Positions 18,423-29,139 of a DNA stretch of 64,000 nucleotides are shown here, piece after piece. Numbering within the stretch: the stretch's first letter is position 1; every line of letters begins with the position of its first letter. Origin of the DNA: Nannocystis bainbridge (lineage in GTDB: Bacteria; Myxococcota_A; Polyangia; Nannocystales; Nannocystaceae); assembly GCF_028368995.1 (NCBI RefSeq), contig NZ_JAQNDL010000005.1, forward strand, positions 384,001-448,000, read 5' to 3'. The notes under the pieces were generated by a model. That model was not told where the DNA came from and did no database searches. It was given only the letters and a program-made list of their open reading frames with translations. Position numbers and translations under genes: made by a program.

Positions 18423-21400
18423 ATGTTCGCCAAGATTCTCCATCGACCGGTGCTCGCGATCGTCGTCTCGGTCCTGATCGTCCTCCTCGGCCTGCTGGCG
18501 ATCCGCTCGCGCCCGGTCTCGCAGTTCCCCGAGATCGCGCCGCCGCAGGTCCAGATCACCGTCTCCTATCCGGGCGCCAGCGCCGACGTGCTCGTGCAGT
18601 CGACGCTCATCCCGCTCGAGCGCGCCATCAACGGCGTGCCCGGCATGCGCTACCTGTCCTCCGACGCGACCAGCGCCGGCGAGGCCACGATCCAGGTCAT
18701 CTTCGACCTCGGCACCGACCCCGACCAGGCGATCATCAACGTCAAGACCCGCATGGACCAGGTGATGAACCAGCTGCCGAAGCTGGTCCAGCTCGAGGGC
18801 GTCGTGCTCATGCGCGTGCAGCCGAGCATGTTGATGTACGTCAACCTCTACAGCACCGCCGCCGACGCCGACGAGAAGTTCCTGTTCAACTACGCCAACG
18901 TCAACATCCTGCCGGAGATCATGCGGGTCAAGGGCATCGGCCAGGCGCGCATCCTCGGCAGCCGCCAGTTCGCCATGCGCGTGTGGCTGAACCCCGACCG
19001 GATGCGGGCCTACAACGTCTCGGCCGAGGAGGTGATGACCGCGATCAGCGAGCAGAGCGTCATCGGTCGCCCCGGCCGCGTCGGTCAGGCCACCGGCAAG
19101 ACCGCGCAGTCGCTCGAGTACGTGCTGGTGTGGGAGGGCCGCTACAACAAGCCCGAGCAGTACGGCGACATCATCGTGCGCGCCACCCCCGACGGCCACG
19201 TCCTCCACCTCAAGGACGTCGCCAAGGTCGAGCTCGGCAGCGAGTTCTTCAACATCTACTCCAACCTCGACGGTCACCCCTCGGCCGCGATCGTGCTCAA
19301 GCAGACCCTCGGCAGCAACGCCCAGGAGGTCATCGAGAACGTCAAGGCCAGGCTCGACGAGATCAAGGCCGCGAGCTTCCCGCCGGGCATGGACTACGCG
19401 GTCAGCTACGACGTCTCCGCGTTCGTCGACGCCTCGATCGACCAGGTCGTGCACACCCTCGCCGAGGCGTTCGTGCTGGTCGCCCTGGTCGTGTTCGTGT
19501 TCCTCGGCGACTGGCGCTCGACGCTGATCCCGACCCTCGCGGTGCCGGTGTCGCTGGTCGGCGCGTTCATCTTCATGAGCGCGCTCGACATCAGCATCAA
19601 CCTCATCACCCTGTTCGCCCTGGTCCTGGCGATCGGCATCGTCGTCGACGACGCCATCGTCGTCGTCGAGGCCGTGCACGCCAAGATGGAGGCCAGGCAC
19701 CTGCCGGTCTACGAGGCGATGAAGGAGGTCCTCAACGAGATCAGCGGCGCCATCATCGCCATCACCCTGGTGATGACCTCGGTGTTCGTCCCGGTCGCCT
19801 TCATGCCCGGCCCGGTCGGCGTGTTCTACCGCCAGTTCTCGGTCACGATGGCCGCTTCGATCGTGCTGTCGGGCTTCATCGCCCTGACGCTGACCCCGGT
19901 GCTGTCGGTGCTGATCCTCAAGCCCGTGCACGGCCACCGCCCCAGCCGCAACCCGATCACCCTGTTCGTGCGCGGCTTCGACCGCGCCTTCAACTGGGTC
20001 GCCGACCGCTACGTGCGGCTGATGCGGGCCATCCTGCGCCGGGTCTGGCTGACGATCCTGCTGCTCGGCCTGTTCGTGTACGGCATCTTCGCCGTCAACC
20101 GGGTCCTGCCGGCCGGCTTCGTGCCCAACGAGGACCAGGGCATCGTCTACGCCATCATCCAGACCCCGCCGGGGACCACCCTCGAGCGCACCAACGCGGC
20201 CGCCCGGAAGCTGCAGGACATCGCCCGCGCCATGCCCGAGGTCGCGTCGGTCTCGTCGCTGGCCGGCTACGAGATCCTCACCGAGGGCCGGGCCTCCAAC
20301 GCCGGCACCTGCCTCATCAACCTCAAGGATTGGTCGGACCGCGACAAGTCGGTCACCGAGGTGATCGAGGAGCTCGAGGAGAAGTCGCGGGACATCGGCG
20401 CGGTGGTCGAGTTCTTCGAGCCGCCGGCGGTCCCCGGCTACGGCGCGGCCGGCGGCGTCTCCTTCCGCATGCTCGAGAAGACCGGCAGCAACGACTACTA
20501 CGAGTTCGATCGCATCAACCAGGAGTTCATGGCCGCGCTGCGCGAGCGGCCCGAGCTGACCGGCCTCTTCACCTTCTACGCCGCCAACTACCCGCAGTAC
20601 GAGCTCGTCATCGACAACCAAAAGGCGATGCAGAAGGGCGTCTCCATCGGCAAGGCGATGGAGAACCTCGACCTCATGATCGGCAGCTCGTACGAGCAGG
20701 GCTTTATCCGCTTCGGCTTCTTCTACCGCGTCTACGTCCAGGCCTCGCCCGAGTTCCGGGCGCTGCCGCCGGACGTGCTCAAGATGTACGTCAAGAACGA
20801 CGCCGGCGAGATGGTCCCCTACTCGTCGTTCATGACGCTCAAGAAGCGCCAGGGCCCCAACGAGATCACGCGCTACAACATGTACAACTCGTCGGCCATC
20901 CGCGGCGGCAACGCGCCCGGCTACACCACCGGCGACGCCATCCAGGCCATCAAGGAGGTCGCCGCCGAGGTGCTGCCGCGCGGCTACGACATCGCCTGGG
21001 AGGGCCTGTCCTACGACGAGGCCCAGCGCGGCAGCGAGGCCATCTACATCTTCGGCGTCGTGCTGGTGTTCGTCTACATGGTGCTGGCGGCCCAGTACGA
21101 GAGCTTCATCCTGCCGCTGGCCGTGATCACCTCGCTGCCCGCAGGCGCGTTCGGCTCGTTCTTGATGCTCCAATTGATGGGCCTGGCCAACGACATCTAC
21201 GCCCAGGTCGGCCTGGTCATGCTGGTCGGTCTGCTCGGCAAGAACGCGGTGCTGATCGTCGAGTTCGGCGTGCAGACCCAGCGCGAGGGCGCCAGCGTGT
21301 TCGAGTCGGCCGTCGCCGGCGCGCGGGCCCGGTTCCGCGCGATCCTCATGACCTCGTTCGCGTTCGTCGCCGGCCTCTACCCGCTGGTCGTGGCCAGGGG

Positions 21401-21716
21401 CGCCGGGGCCGTCGGCAACAACACCATCGGCGCGTCGGCGCTCGGCGGCATGGTCGTGGGCACCGTGTTCGGCGTGATCATCATCCCGGGGCTCTACTTC
21501 ATCTTCGCCCACCTGGCGCGGTACGAGAGCTTCCTGCGGGTCGGCGGGCGCGCCGAGCCGCCGCCCCCGCCGGCCGCGCTGCCGCTGTCCGAGGTGTCGC
21601 TGGCGGCGCTGCTGGTCGACACGCTGGCCGACAACGACGCGTCGTCGACGACGCATTCGCCGGAGTCGGACACGACGCAGCCGACCGCGCTGCCGGAGGA
21701 GGACTCCGATGCGTAA
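18423..21716 (+). CDS. RND efflux permease (HAE1/AcrB family)
   Basis: MFAKILHRPV..QFPEIAPP; GIVVDDAIVVVE; GLLGKNAVLIVEF; RFRAILMTSFAF. Confidence 0.97.
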   Translation: MFAKILHRPVLAIVVSVLIVLLGLLAIRSRPVSQFPEIAPPQVQITVSYPGASADVLVQSTLIPLERAINGVPGMRYLSSDATSAGEATIQVIFDLGTDPDQAIINVKTRMDQVMNQLPKLVQLEGVVLMRVQPSMLMYVNLYSTAADADEKFLFNYANVNILPEIMRVKGIGQARILGSRQFAMRVWLNPDRMRAYNVSAEEVMTAISEQSVIGRPGRVGQATGKTAQSLEYVLVWEGRYNKPEQYGDIIVRATPDGHVLHLKDVAKVELGSEFFNIYSNLDGHPSAAIVLKQTLGSNAQEVIENVKARLDEIKAASFPPGMDYAVSYDVSAFVDASIDQVVHTLAEAFVLVALVVFVFLGDWRSTLIPTLAVPVSLVGAFIFMSALDISINLITLFALVLAIGIVVDDAIVVVEAVHAKMEARHLPVYEAMKEVLNEISGAIIAITLVMTSVFVPVAFMPGPVGVFYRQFSVTMAASIVLSGFIALTLTPVLSVLILKPVHGHRPSRNPITLFVRGFDRAFNWVADRYVRLMRAILRRVWLTILLLGLFVYGIFAVNRVLPAGFVPNEDQGIVYAIIQTPPGTTLERTNAAARKLQDIARAMPEVASVSSLAGYEILTEGRASNAGTCLINLKDWSDRDKSVTEVIEELEEKSRDIGAVVEFFEPPAVPGYGAAGGVSFRMLEKTGSNDYYEFDRINQEFMAALRERPELTGLFTFYAANYPQYELVIDNQKAMQKGVSIGKAMENLDLMIGSSYEQGFIRFGFFYRVYVQASPEFRALPPDVLKMYVKNDAGEMVPYSSFMTLKKRQGPNEITRYNMYNSSAIRGGNAPGYTTGDAIQAIKEVAAEVLPRGYDIAWEGLSYDEAQRGSEAIYIFGVVLVFVYMVLAAQYESFILPLAVITSLPAGAFGSFLMLQLMGLANDIYAQVGLVMLVGLLGKNAVLIVEFGVQTQREGASVFESAVAGARARFRAILMTSFAFVAGLYPLVVARGAGAVGNNTIGASALGGMVVGTVFGVIIIPGLYFIFAHLARYESFLRVGGRAEPPPPPAALPLSEVSLAALLVDTLADNDASSTTHSPESDTTQPTALPEEDSDA

Positions 21717-23148
21717 GCGATGGCGATCGATCGCCGCCGTGACGGCGGCCTGCACCCTGTCGCTCGCGCTCGGCTGCGCCGGTCTGCTGGGCGACAACAA
21801 GGCCCGGGAGGCCAGCCAGGAGGTGCCGCAGTCGTTCGGCGCGCTGGCGACCGCGAGCGGCCCGAGCGTCGCGGTGCAGCAGCAGTGGGACTCGTTCTTC
21901 GCCGACCCCGATCTGCGGGCGCTGATCGAGACGGCCCTGAAGAACAACCAGCAGCTCAACATCCAGCTGCAGGAGATCATCATCGCCCAGAACAGCGCCG
22001 CGCGGCTGCGCGGCGACTACTTGCCGCGGCTCGAGGCGGGGGTCGGCGCCGGCGTCGAGAAGCCCGGCGAGCACACCGCGGAGGGGGTCGCCCACCGCCT
22101 TCACAACCTGCCGCGGCCGCTCGGCGACTTCCGCTTCGGCTTCGCGGCCTCGTGGGAGACTGACATCTGGAGCAGCCTGCGCAACGCCCGGAAGGCGGCG
22201 GTGCTGCAGTACGAGGCGTCGATCGAGGAGCAGCACTTCCTCGTCACCGAGATCGTGGCCGAGCTCGCCAACTCGTACTACGACCTGGTCGCGCTCGACA
22301 TCCAGATCGAGATCCTCGACCGCAACATCGAGCTGCAGAAGAACGCGCTCGAGGTGGTCAAGCTCAAGAAGCTGGCGGCCCGCGACACCGAGCTCGGGGT
22401 CCAGCGGTTCCAGGCCGAGGTGCAGAAGAACCAGGGCCGGCGGTTCGCGCTCGAGCAGCAGCGGATCATCGTCGAGAACCGCGTCAACTTCCTGGTCGGG
22501 CGGTTCCCGCAGCCGGTCGCGCGCAACACCCGGACCTTCGAGGCCGCCCGGCCCGACATCGTCGCCGCGGGCCTGCCCTCGGACCTGCTCGACAACCGCC
22601 CCGACGTGAAGGCGGCCGAGCTGCGGCTCGAGGCGTCGAAGCTCGACACCCGCAGCGCGAAGGCCAAGTTCTACCCGTCGCTGCGGCTCGACGCCGGCAT
22701 CGGCTTCGAGTCGTTCAACCTGCAGCACCTCGTCGATCCGCGGTCGCTGGCGTTCAACCTGGCCGGCGGCCTGGTCGCCCCGCTGCTCAACCGCGCGGCG
22801 ATCAAGGCCGACTACCGCTCGGCCAACGCCCGCCAGGTCCAGGCGGTGTTCGACTACGAGCGATCGATCCTGCAGGCGTACACCGACGTGTACAACCAGC
22901 TGACCGCCATCTCGAACCTGCGCCAGCGCTACGACCAACTGGCGAGCCAGGTCGAGACGCTGCACGCGGCCATCGAGGTGTCGAAGGTCCTCTATCAATC
23001 GGCCCACGTCGATTATTACGAGGTGCTGATGATCGTGCGCGACTCGCTCGAGGCCGAGATGGACCTGATCGAGGCGAAGAAAGATCAGATGCAGGCGGTG
23101 GTGTCGATCTACCAGGCGCTGGGCGGCGGCTGGCGACAAAGCCAATGA
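21709..23148 (+). CDS. TolC/NodT-family outer membrane efflux lipoprotein
   Basis: Lipobox ALGC; SWETDIW; GLPSDLLDNRPDV; YQALGGGW. Confidence 0.95.
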   Translation: MRKRWRSIAAVTAACTLSLALGCAGLLGDNKAREASQEVPQSFGALATASGPSVAVQQQWDSFFADPDLRALIETALKNNQQLNIQLQEIIIAQNSAARLRGDYLPRLEAGVGAGVEKPGEHTAEGVAHRLHNLPRPLGDFRFGFAASWETDIWSSLRNARKAAVLQYEASIEEQHFLVTEIVAELANSYYDLVALDIQIEILDRNIELQKNALEVVKLKKLAARDTELGVQRFQAEVQKNQGRRFALEQQRIIVENRVNFLVGRFPQPVARNTRTFEAARPDIVAAGLPSDLLDNRPDVKAAELRLEASKLDTRSAKAKFYPSLRLDAGIGFESFNLQHLVDPRSLAFNLAGGLVAPLLNRAAIKADYRSANARQVQAVFDYERSILQAYTDVYNQLTAISNLRQRYDQLASQVETLHAAIEVSKVLYQSAHVDYYEVLMIVRDSLEAEMDLIEAKKDQMQAVVSIYQALGGGWRQSQ

Positions 23149-23372
23149 CCGCGGGCCGGGGGCGTTCGCCCGGCTTCGTGCGATGATTGGCGGCAGTGGT
23201 TCTCGGCGAGTCGTCGCTCTCGCCCGTGCGCCGATTCTCAGGGATGGTTGGCCGCCTGACGATTCACGGGCCGTGCGCGTAAGCAGGCGCCCGGGCCCGT
23301 GCGACGATTCGCGGCGGTGGTTCGTCGCCGTTCGGCGCGCTGGCCGCCCGCGCGGGCAGGCGCCCCGGGCCC

Positions 23373-26165
23373 GTGATACCCTGCCCACCCGTGCCTCGCC
23401 CCGGCAAACGCTCCGAGCCGCCCGCGCCGGTGCCCGGCGAAATGGCGCTGCGGGCCCTCCGCGAGCTCGTCGCGGGCTTCCCGGCCGACGCCGCGGCCAC
23501 GGAGCCCGACCTCCGGCCGCTGCGCCGCGCGCTGGTCCGGCGGGTGACGCGATGGATGTTTCGCCTGCACGCCGGGGCGCGCGGGCTCGAGTGGGGTGAT
23601 TCGCTGTGGCGCCTGTGCGCCGAGGCCGGGGATGCGCCGTCGCTCGCGCAGGCCCGCGCGCTCGCATGCGAGGACCTCGTGGACGGCCCGCAGCCGGACG
23701 CCGCGGCGGTGGGTCGGGCCCTGCAAGCCCTGCAAGCTGTCGACGATCCGCGAGCTTGGTACCGCGACCTCGACCTCGAGGCGCTCGGCGGGGTCCACGA
23801 GTCGCTGCTCGACTACCGCCTGCTGCGTCTGCGCGGGCCAGGGCTCGAGCTCGGCCCGGGGGACGTGGTGATCGATCTGGCGGAGATCCTGTCTCATGAG
23901 CCAGACGCGCGAATGGCCAGGGTCGCGGCCGCCGGTGGGTCGCCCGACGCCGCGCTGCAGCAGGCGCTGGTCTCGGCGCGCACGCCCGCGGAGGTCCTCG
24001 AGTCCCTGGCGCTGCGACCCCCGCGGCGAGCGCACCAGATCTTGCCGGCCGGGTCGCTGGTCGTGGCGCCAGGCGAGGATCGGCGGCGCGCCGGGGCTCA
24101 CTACACGCCGCGCGGGCTGGCCGACCCGATCGTGAACACCGCCTTGGGCCCGCTGCTGGTGGCCCTGGGCGAGCGGCCGACGCCGACGCAGCTGCTGGCG
24201 CTGAAGCTGTGCGATCCGGCGACCGGCTGCGGGGCGTTCCTGCTGGCGGCCTGCCGCCTGCTCGGCGACCGGCTCGAGCGCGCGTGCCACGATCATGGTG
24301 TCACGATCGCGGCCGGGGTCGACGCGACCGCGCTCGCGCGCCGCGAGGTCGCCCTGCATTGCCTGCACGGGGTCGACAAGGACCCCGACGCCGCCGAGCT
24401 GACGCGGCTCTCGCTGTGGCTGCTGACCGGCGCAAGCGGCTCTCCGGACGAATTCATGAGCGCGGCGGTGCGCTGCGGCGACGCGCTGGTCGGGCTCGAC
24501 CGGGCCCGTATCGCCGCGTTTTCATGGCACCCCGACGCGGACGAGCCAACGAGGGCGGAAGACCGCCCACATTCGCGCGAACGGCCGATCGGCGACGCGG
24601 CGGTCGCCGTGTTCTTCGCCCACGACAGCGACCGCCGCCGCGACGAGCAGCGCGAACGGCTGGCCCGCGCCACGGTGGAGCCGGCCCGCCGCGGCGACCC
24701 CGGGGCCCTCGCTGCCTTGACGCGCCTGGCGGCCGGGCTCGGCGACCTCGGGGTGCTGCCATTTCACTGGGAGCTCGAGTTCCCGACGGTGTTCGCCCGC
24801 GACGAGCCCGGGTTCGACGGCTTCATCGGCAACCCGCCCTTCTTTTGGGGCAACCGCATCGGCCGCGCGTTCGGCGATCGTTACCGCGATTGGCTGCTGC
24901 GCACCTGCCCGGGCGCGCACGGCAACAGCGACCTCGCGGCTTATTTTCTCCGGCGGTGCTTCGCCCTGCTGCGCCGGGGCGGCACGCTCGGGTTCGTCAC
25001 CACCAACTCGATCGCCGAGGCCGACACCCGCGCCACCGGCCTCGAGCCGCTGCTGCGCGCCGGCGGCGTCGTCTACGAGGCGGTCCGCAGCGCCGCCTGG
25101 GACGGCGGCGCCAGCGTGCGCGTCGCCCACGTGTTCGTGATCAAGGGCCCGTGGTCCGGGGTGCGTCGGCTCGACGGCGAGGCGGTGACCGCCATCGGCA
25201 GCGACCTGCGGCGGCCGCGAGCGGCGTGGACGGCCGTGCGCCTGCGCGAGCGCGCGGGGGAGAGCTTCAAGGGCGTCGATTTCGGCGGCACCGGCTTCCT
25301 GCTGACACCCGCCCAGCGCGAAGCGCTCGTCGGCGCGGCGCCGCACGAGGCGGCCTGCATCTGGCCGGTGATGAACGCCAGCACCTTCACCTCGTCGCCG
25401 CACGTGCGGCCGGCCGGCTTCATCATCAACTTCACCGGGCTGACGCTGGCGGAGGCGGAGCAGTTCCCGCGCTGCCTGGCGATCGTGCGCGAGCGGGTGC
25501 TGCCGCGCCGCGCGATCGACAAGCGCAAGGCCCGGCGCGAGCGCTGGTGGCTCTACAACGAGGCCTGCAGCGGGCTTTATCGGGCGATCGCCGGCAAGGC
25601 CGCGGTGCTCGCCTGCCCCGTGGTCGCCAAGTACGTCACCTTCGCCCTCGTCGACGCCCACGCGGTGTTCACCAACGCGCTCAACGTGTTCACGTTCGAC
25701 GACCACGCGTCCCTCGCGGTGTTGCAGTCCCGCGTGCACGAGCTGTGGGCCTTGACGCAAGGCTCGAGCCTGCGGGCCGACCCGCGCTACAACCCCTCCG
25801 ATTGCTTCGAGACGTTCCCGATGCCGCCCGAGTGGCGACATTCGCATTTTCTCGCCGATGCCGGGCGGCGCTACGACGAATGCCGGCGCCGGATGATGAT
25901 CGCCGGCGATATCGGTCTGACGCGCCTCTACAATCGCTTTCACGATCCAGCCGATCGCGCGGACGATATCGCCGAGCTGCGCGAGCTCCACGCGGCCCTC
26001 GATCGCGCGACCCTGACCGCCTACGGCTGGGACGACCTGGCGACGCGCGCGAGCGCGGAGTTCGCGGCCCGCGGCGACGGCACCCGCCTTGCGTGGCTGC
26101 CGGCGCTGGCCGACGCGCTGCTGGGCCGCCTCCTGACCCTGAATCAGCAGCGCGCCGGCGGGTGA
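23373..26165 (+). CDS. N6-adenine DNA methyltransferase, Eco57I/MmeI-like (type IIG/IIL) with target-recognition domain
   Basis: GAHYTP; CDPATGCGAFL (SAM binding); FHWELEFP; IGNPPF catalytic motif; C-terminal LQSRVHELW..RYNPSDCFETFP..LDRATLTAYGW; start uncertain. Confidence 0.88.
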   Translation: MIPCPPVPRPGKRSEPPAPVPGEMALRALRELVAGFPADAAATEPDLRPLRRALVRRVTRWMFRLHAGARGLEWGDSLWRLCAEAGDAPSLAQARALACEDLVDGPQPDAAAVGRALQALQAVDDPRAWYRDLDLEALGGVHESLLDYRLLRLRGPGLELGPGDVVIDLAEILSHEPDARMARVAAAGGSPDAALQQALVSARTPAEVLESLALRPPRRAHQILPAGSLVVAPGEDRRRAGAHYTPRGLADPIVNTALGPLLVALGERPTPTQLLALKLCDPATGCGAFLLAACRLLGDRLERACHDHGVTIAAGVDATALARREVALHCLHGVDKDPDAAELTRLSLWLLTGASGSPDEFMSAAVRCGDALVGLDRARIAAFSWHPDADEPTRAEDRPHSRERPIGDAAVAVFFAHDSDRRRDEQRERLARATVEPARRGDPGALAALTRLAAGLGDLGVLPFHWELEFPTVFARDEPGFDGFIGNPPFFWGNRIGRAFGDRYRDWLLRTCPGAHGNSDLAAYFLRRCFALLRRGGTLGFVTTNSIAEADTRATGLEPLLRAGGVVYEAVRSAAWDGGASVRVAHVFVIKGPWSGVRRLDGEAVTAIGSDLRRPRAAWTAVRLRERAGESFKGVDFGGTGFLLTPAQREALVGAAPHEAACIWPVMNASTFTSSPHVRPAGFIINFTGLTLAEAEQFPRCLAIVRERVLPRRAIDKRKARRERWWLYNEACSGLYRAIAGKAAVLACPVVAKYVTFALVDAHAVFTNALNVFTFDDHASLAVLQSRVHELWALTQGSSLRADPRYNPSDCFETFPMPPEWRHSHFLADAGRRYDECRRRMMIAGDIGLTRLYNRFHDPADRADDIAELRELHAALDRATLTAYGWDDLATRASAEFAARGDGTRLAWLPALADALLGRLLTLNQQRAGG

Positions 26166-26169
26166 GCGC

Positions 26170-26481
26170 TCACTCCTCGTCGGGGAAGGTAAATCGCAGG
26201 CTCACGTCCTCGCCGCCGGCCGCGGCGATCCGGCCGCGCAGGCGCTCTTCCGTCTCGGCCGACCAGACGCCGAAGCGACTGATGATCACCGGCCCGGTGG
26301 TGTACGCCTCCATGCGGACGACCGGGTCGCGGGCGCTGCCGCCACGGATGTCGACGACGACATCGAGCTTGTCGAAGCCCTCGTCCTGGTAGGCCCACGC
26401 CGCGAGGGCGGCGAGGACCTCGTCCTTGCGCTGCCGCGGCCACTTTCCGACCCTGGCGACGAACTCGAGATTGACCGACAT
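26170..26481 (-). CDS. Hypothetical protein
   Basis: MSVNLEFVARVGKW..., 103 aa, host-like codon usage. Confidence 0.6.
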   Translation of the reverse strand: MSVNLEFVARVGKWPRQRKDEVLAALAAWAYQDEGFDKLDVVVDIRGGSARDPVVRMEAYTTGPVIISRFGVWSAETEERLRGRIAAAGGEDVSLRFTFPDEE

Positions 26482-26621
26482 GGGCGCGAACCTAACACGC
26501 GCCCCGGCCCTGCACGACGGGGACGCCACCTGCCGCGATTCGGAACTTCCCCGGGCGCACGCCTGCGCGGCGCCTGACGAATCGGGCCTCGCGACCGCGA
26601 TTCGTCCGGGCTGAGCTTCTT

Positions 26622-27548
26622 TCACGCCAGCGGCAGATACAGCTCGGTGCGAAGCTGCTCGGGCGGCGCGTTGGTGGGGTTGTTGCGGTACAGCTCGTAG
26701 CTGTGGCCCTCCCCGACCCGCTGACCGCTGCGCGGCAGCCATTCGCCCATCAGGCGCGACCAGGCGTCGCCGAGCCCGGTGTACGGGCCGACGTGCACCG
26801 TCTTCGCGTAGCGCCCGGCCGGCAGGTGCTGCTCGCCGAGGCCGGCCGGCAGAGCCACGTCCGCGGGCACCACCAGGCCGGCGTCGGCGCGAAGCTGCTC
26901 CGGCGGAGTGACCTCGGGGTCGTCGTAATAGATGGCGACCATCGCCGCCTCGGGGAATCGCAGCAGTCCGGCCGGACCGACCAGCGCGCCGAGGCGGGCG
27001 AAGGCCGCGGAGATCCCATTGTAGGGACCGACGTGGGTGACGGTGGCGACCCGCAGCGCGGGCAGGGTCTCGATGTCGACGTTCATGATGGACTCCTTGG
27101 TGGCGATATGGACGACGAGCTCGCGCGTCGGGTCGTCGCAGTAGTGCACGCCCGAGGGCGCGGCGAGCTCGGGTTGCGGCGGACGCATGCAGCCGGTCCG
27201 CGGGTCGAGCACGCCCTGGCGAAAGGCCGACGGCGAGGCGCCGTAGGCCTGACGAAAGGCGCGGGTGAAGGCCTCGTGGGTCTCGTAGCCGGCGTCGAAG
27301 GCGATCGCGGTGACGCCGGCGTCGCTGGTCAGCAAGGCCCTCGCGGCCCGCTCGAGCCGCAGCCGGCGGTGCATCTCGAGCGGCGTCTCGCCGACCATGC
27401 CGCGGAACACGCGATGGAAGTGAAACGGCGACAGCGCGGCCCCGCGGGCCAGCGCCGCCAGATCGAGCGCCCGGTCGAGCGACTGCGCGATCTGCCCGAT
27501 CGTGCGCAGCACCGCCGCTTCGTAGAAGGATCGCGTCTCCGGCTTCAC
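26622..27548 (-). CDS. AraC-family regulator with GyrI-like effector domain
   Basis: LSPFHFHRVF..RLRLERAA..AGYETHEAFTRAF; GyrI HVGPY..YYDDP..ELRTELYLP-like tail. Confidence 0.93.
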   Translation of the reverse strand: MKPETRSFYEAAVLRTIGQIAQSLDRALDLAALARGAALSPFHFHRVFRGMVGETPLEMHRRLRLERAARALLTSDAGVTAIAFDAGYETHEAFTRAFRQAYGASPSAFRQGVLDPRTGCMRPPQPELAAPSGVHYCDDPTRELVVHIATKESIMNVDIETLPALRVATVTHVGPYNGISAAFARLGALVGPAGLLRFPEAAMVAIYYDDPEVTPPEQLRADAGLVVPADVALPAGLGEQHLPAGRYAKTVHVGPYTGLGDAWSRLMGEWLPRSGQRVGEGHSYELYRNNPTNAPPEQLRTELYLPLA

Positions 27549-27744
27549 GAGCACAGACGTACCGCAGCCCGGACCCGCCGACTTGACGGGCCTTGCGAAT
27601 TTGCCCGAAACGACGCCAGAGCCCGTTCTGTGGCCCGCCACGGCCCGGCTCGGCGAGTGAGCCACGGCCTGACGCCTCGCGCTGCCCGACGAGACGGACC
27701 GTCGCGTCGTGCTGCGCGAGGCGCCTTTGCGGGGCGGCGCCTGA

Positions 27745-28764
27745 CTAAAACTTCCCGGACCCGCCGGAGGCGCCGAGCACTTGCCCCGTGCAATAGCTCG
27801 ACTCCGCCGACGCGAGCAGCACATACAGCGGGGCGATCTCCGCCGGCTGGCCCGGGCGGCCGAGCGGCGTATCACCGCCGAAGTTCGTCAGCTTGTCCGG
27901 CAGCTGGCCGCCGCTCGGCTGCAGCGGCGTCCAGAACGGCCCGGGCGCGATCGCGTTGACGCGGATCCCCTGCGGCGCGAGCTGCTTGGCCAGCGACTTC
28001 GAGAAGGCGACGATCGCCGCCTTGGTCTGCGCATAGTCGAGGAGGTTGGCCGACGGGTCGACGGCCTGGACCGACGCGGTGTTGATGATCGACGCGCCGG
28101 CCGGCAGGTGCGGCAGCGCGGCCTTGGTGATCCAGAACATCGCGTACACGTTGGTCTTGAAGGTCGCGTCGAATTCCTCGGTGGTCAGCTCGAGGATCGA
28201 TCTGCGCTGCTGCTGACGGGCCGCGTTGTTGACGAGGATGTCGAGCCCGCCGAGCTGCGAGATCGCGGACGCGACCATCTGCTTGCAGAACGCCTCGTCG
28301 CGGATGTCCCCGGGGACAGCCACCGCCTTGCGGCCCTCGGCGCGGATCAACGCGATCACCTCCTGCGCGTCCGACTCCTCGGCCGGCAGGTAGTTGATGG
28401 CCACGTCGGCGCCCTCGCGCGCGAAGGCGATCGCCGCCGCGCGACCGATGCCCGAGTCCCCGCCGGTCAGCAGCGCCTTGCGCCCGACCAACCTGCCGGA
28501 GCCGCGGTAGCTCTGCTCGCCGTGATCGGGTCGCGGCGTCATCTTGCTCGCCAGCCCCGGCCACGGCTGCTGCTGCTTGGGGAACGGCGGGCGCGGGTAC
28601 AGCGTGGTCGGGTCCTGCAGCCGGGCCGGCTTCGCCGAAGCGGCGGCGCTCGCGGGCGCGGCGGCGGCAGTGGCCGGGCCCGCGACGGCTGCCGCCGCCA
28701 GCCCGACGCCCATCGTGCCGACCATTCGACGCCGCGTGATCGTGTCGCTGTCCTTCGGGTTCAT
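27745..28764 (-). CDS. SDR oxidoreductase (YghA-like) with twin-arginine N-terminus
   Basis: TRRRMVG; [14 protein letters not shown]; TGGDSGIG; NNAA; YAQTK. Confidence 0.93.
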   Translation of the reverse strand: MNPKDSDTITRRRMVGTMGVGLAAAAVAGPATAAAAPASAAASAKPARLQDPTTLYPRPPFPKQQQPWPGLASKMTPRPDHGEQSYRGSGRLVGRKALLTGGDSGIGRAAAIAFAREGADVAINYLPAEESDAQEVIALIRAEGRKAVAVPGDIRDEAFCKQMVASAISQLGGLDILVNNAARQQQRRSILELTTEEFDATFKTNVYAMFWITKAALPHLPAGASIINTASVQAVDPSANLLDYAQTKAAIVAFSKSLAKQLAPQGIRVNAIAPGPFWTPLQPSGGQLPDKLTNFGGDTPLGRPGQPAEIAPLYVLLASAESSYCTGQVLGASGGSGKF

Positions 28765-29139
28765 GCGCGCGCAAGGATGGACCCGCCGGCTCGCCGCGCC
28801 AGCTCGCGGCCGGTCGGCACAGGCCAGCCTCGAGCGGCGCGCCATCGACCGCGCGCGTGACGGCTGGGCCGGCCGACCGGGGCGGCTCGCAGCCGAGCGG
28901 CGCAGGGTGCGGCGCCACGAGGCCAGCGCGGCGGAGGCCTCACCGGTGCACAGGAGCCCGACCCGCGAGCTCGGGCACGAAGCCCCATGGCGAAGTCGCA
29001 GCGGACACGGGACGGCGCGGCTGCTCCTGCCACCGAAGGACCAGCGTCGCCCCACGAGCCCGCGCGGCCGCGCTCCGAACGTTTTTTCAGTCGCCCCGGC
29101 AATTCGCGGCCCGCCGCCGGCGACTCCAGCGCTGCGGAA

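Noticed and set aside
23373-26165. Complete BREX or DISARM system
   Set aside because: No pglZ, brxC or drm helicase partner genes in the window
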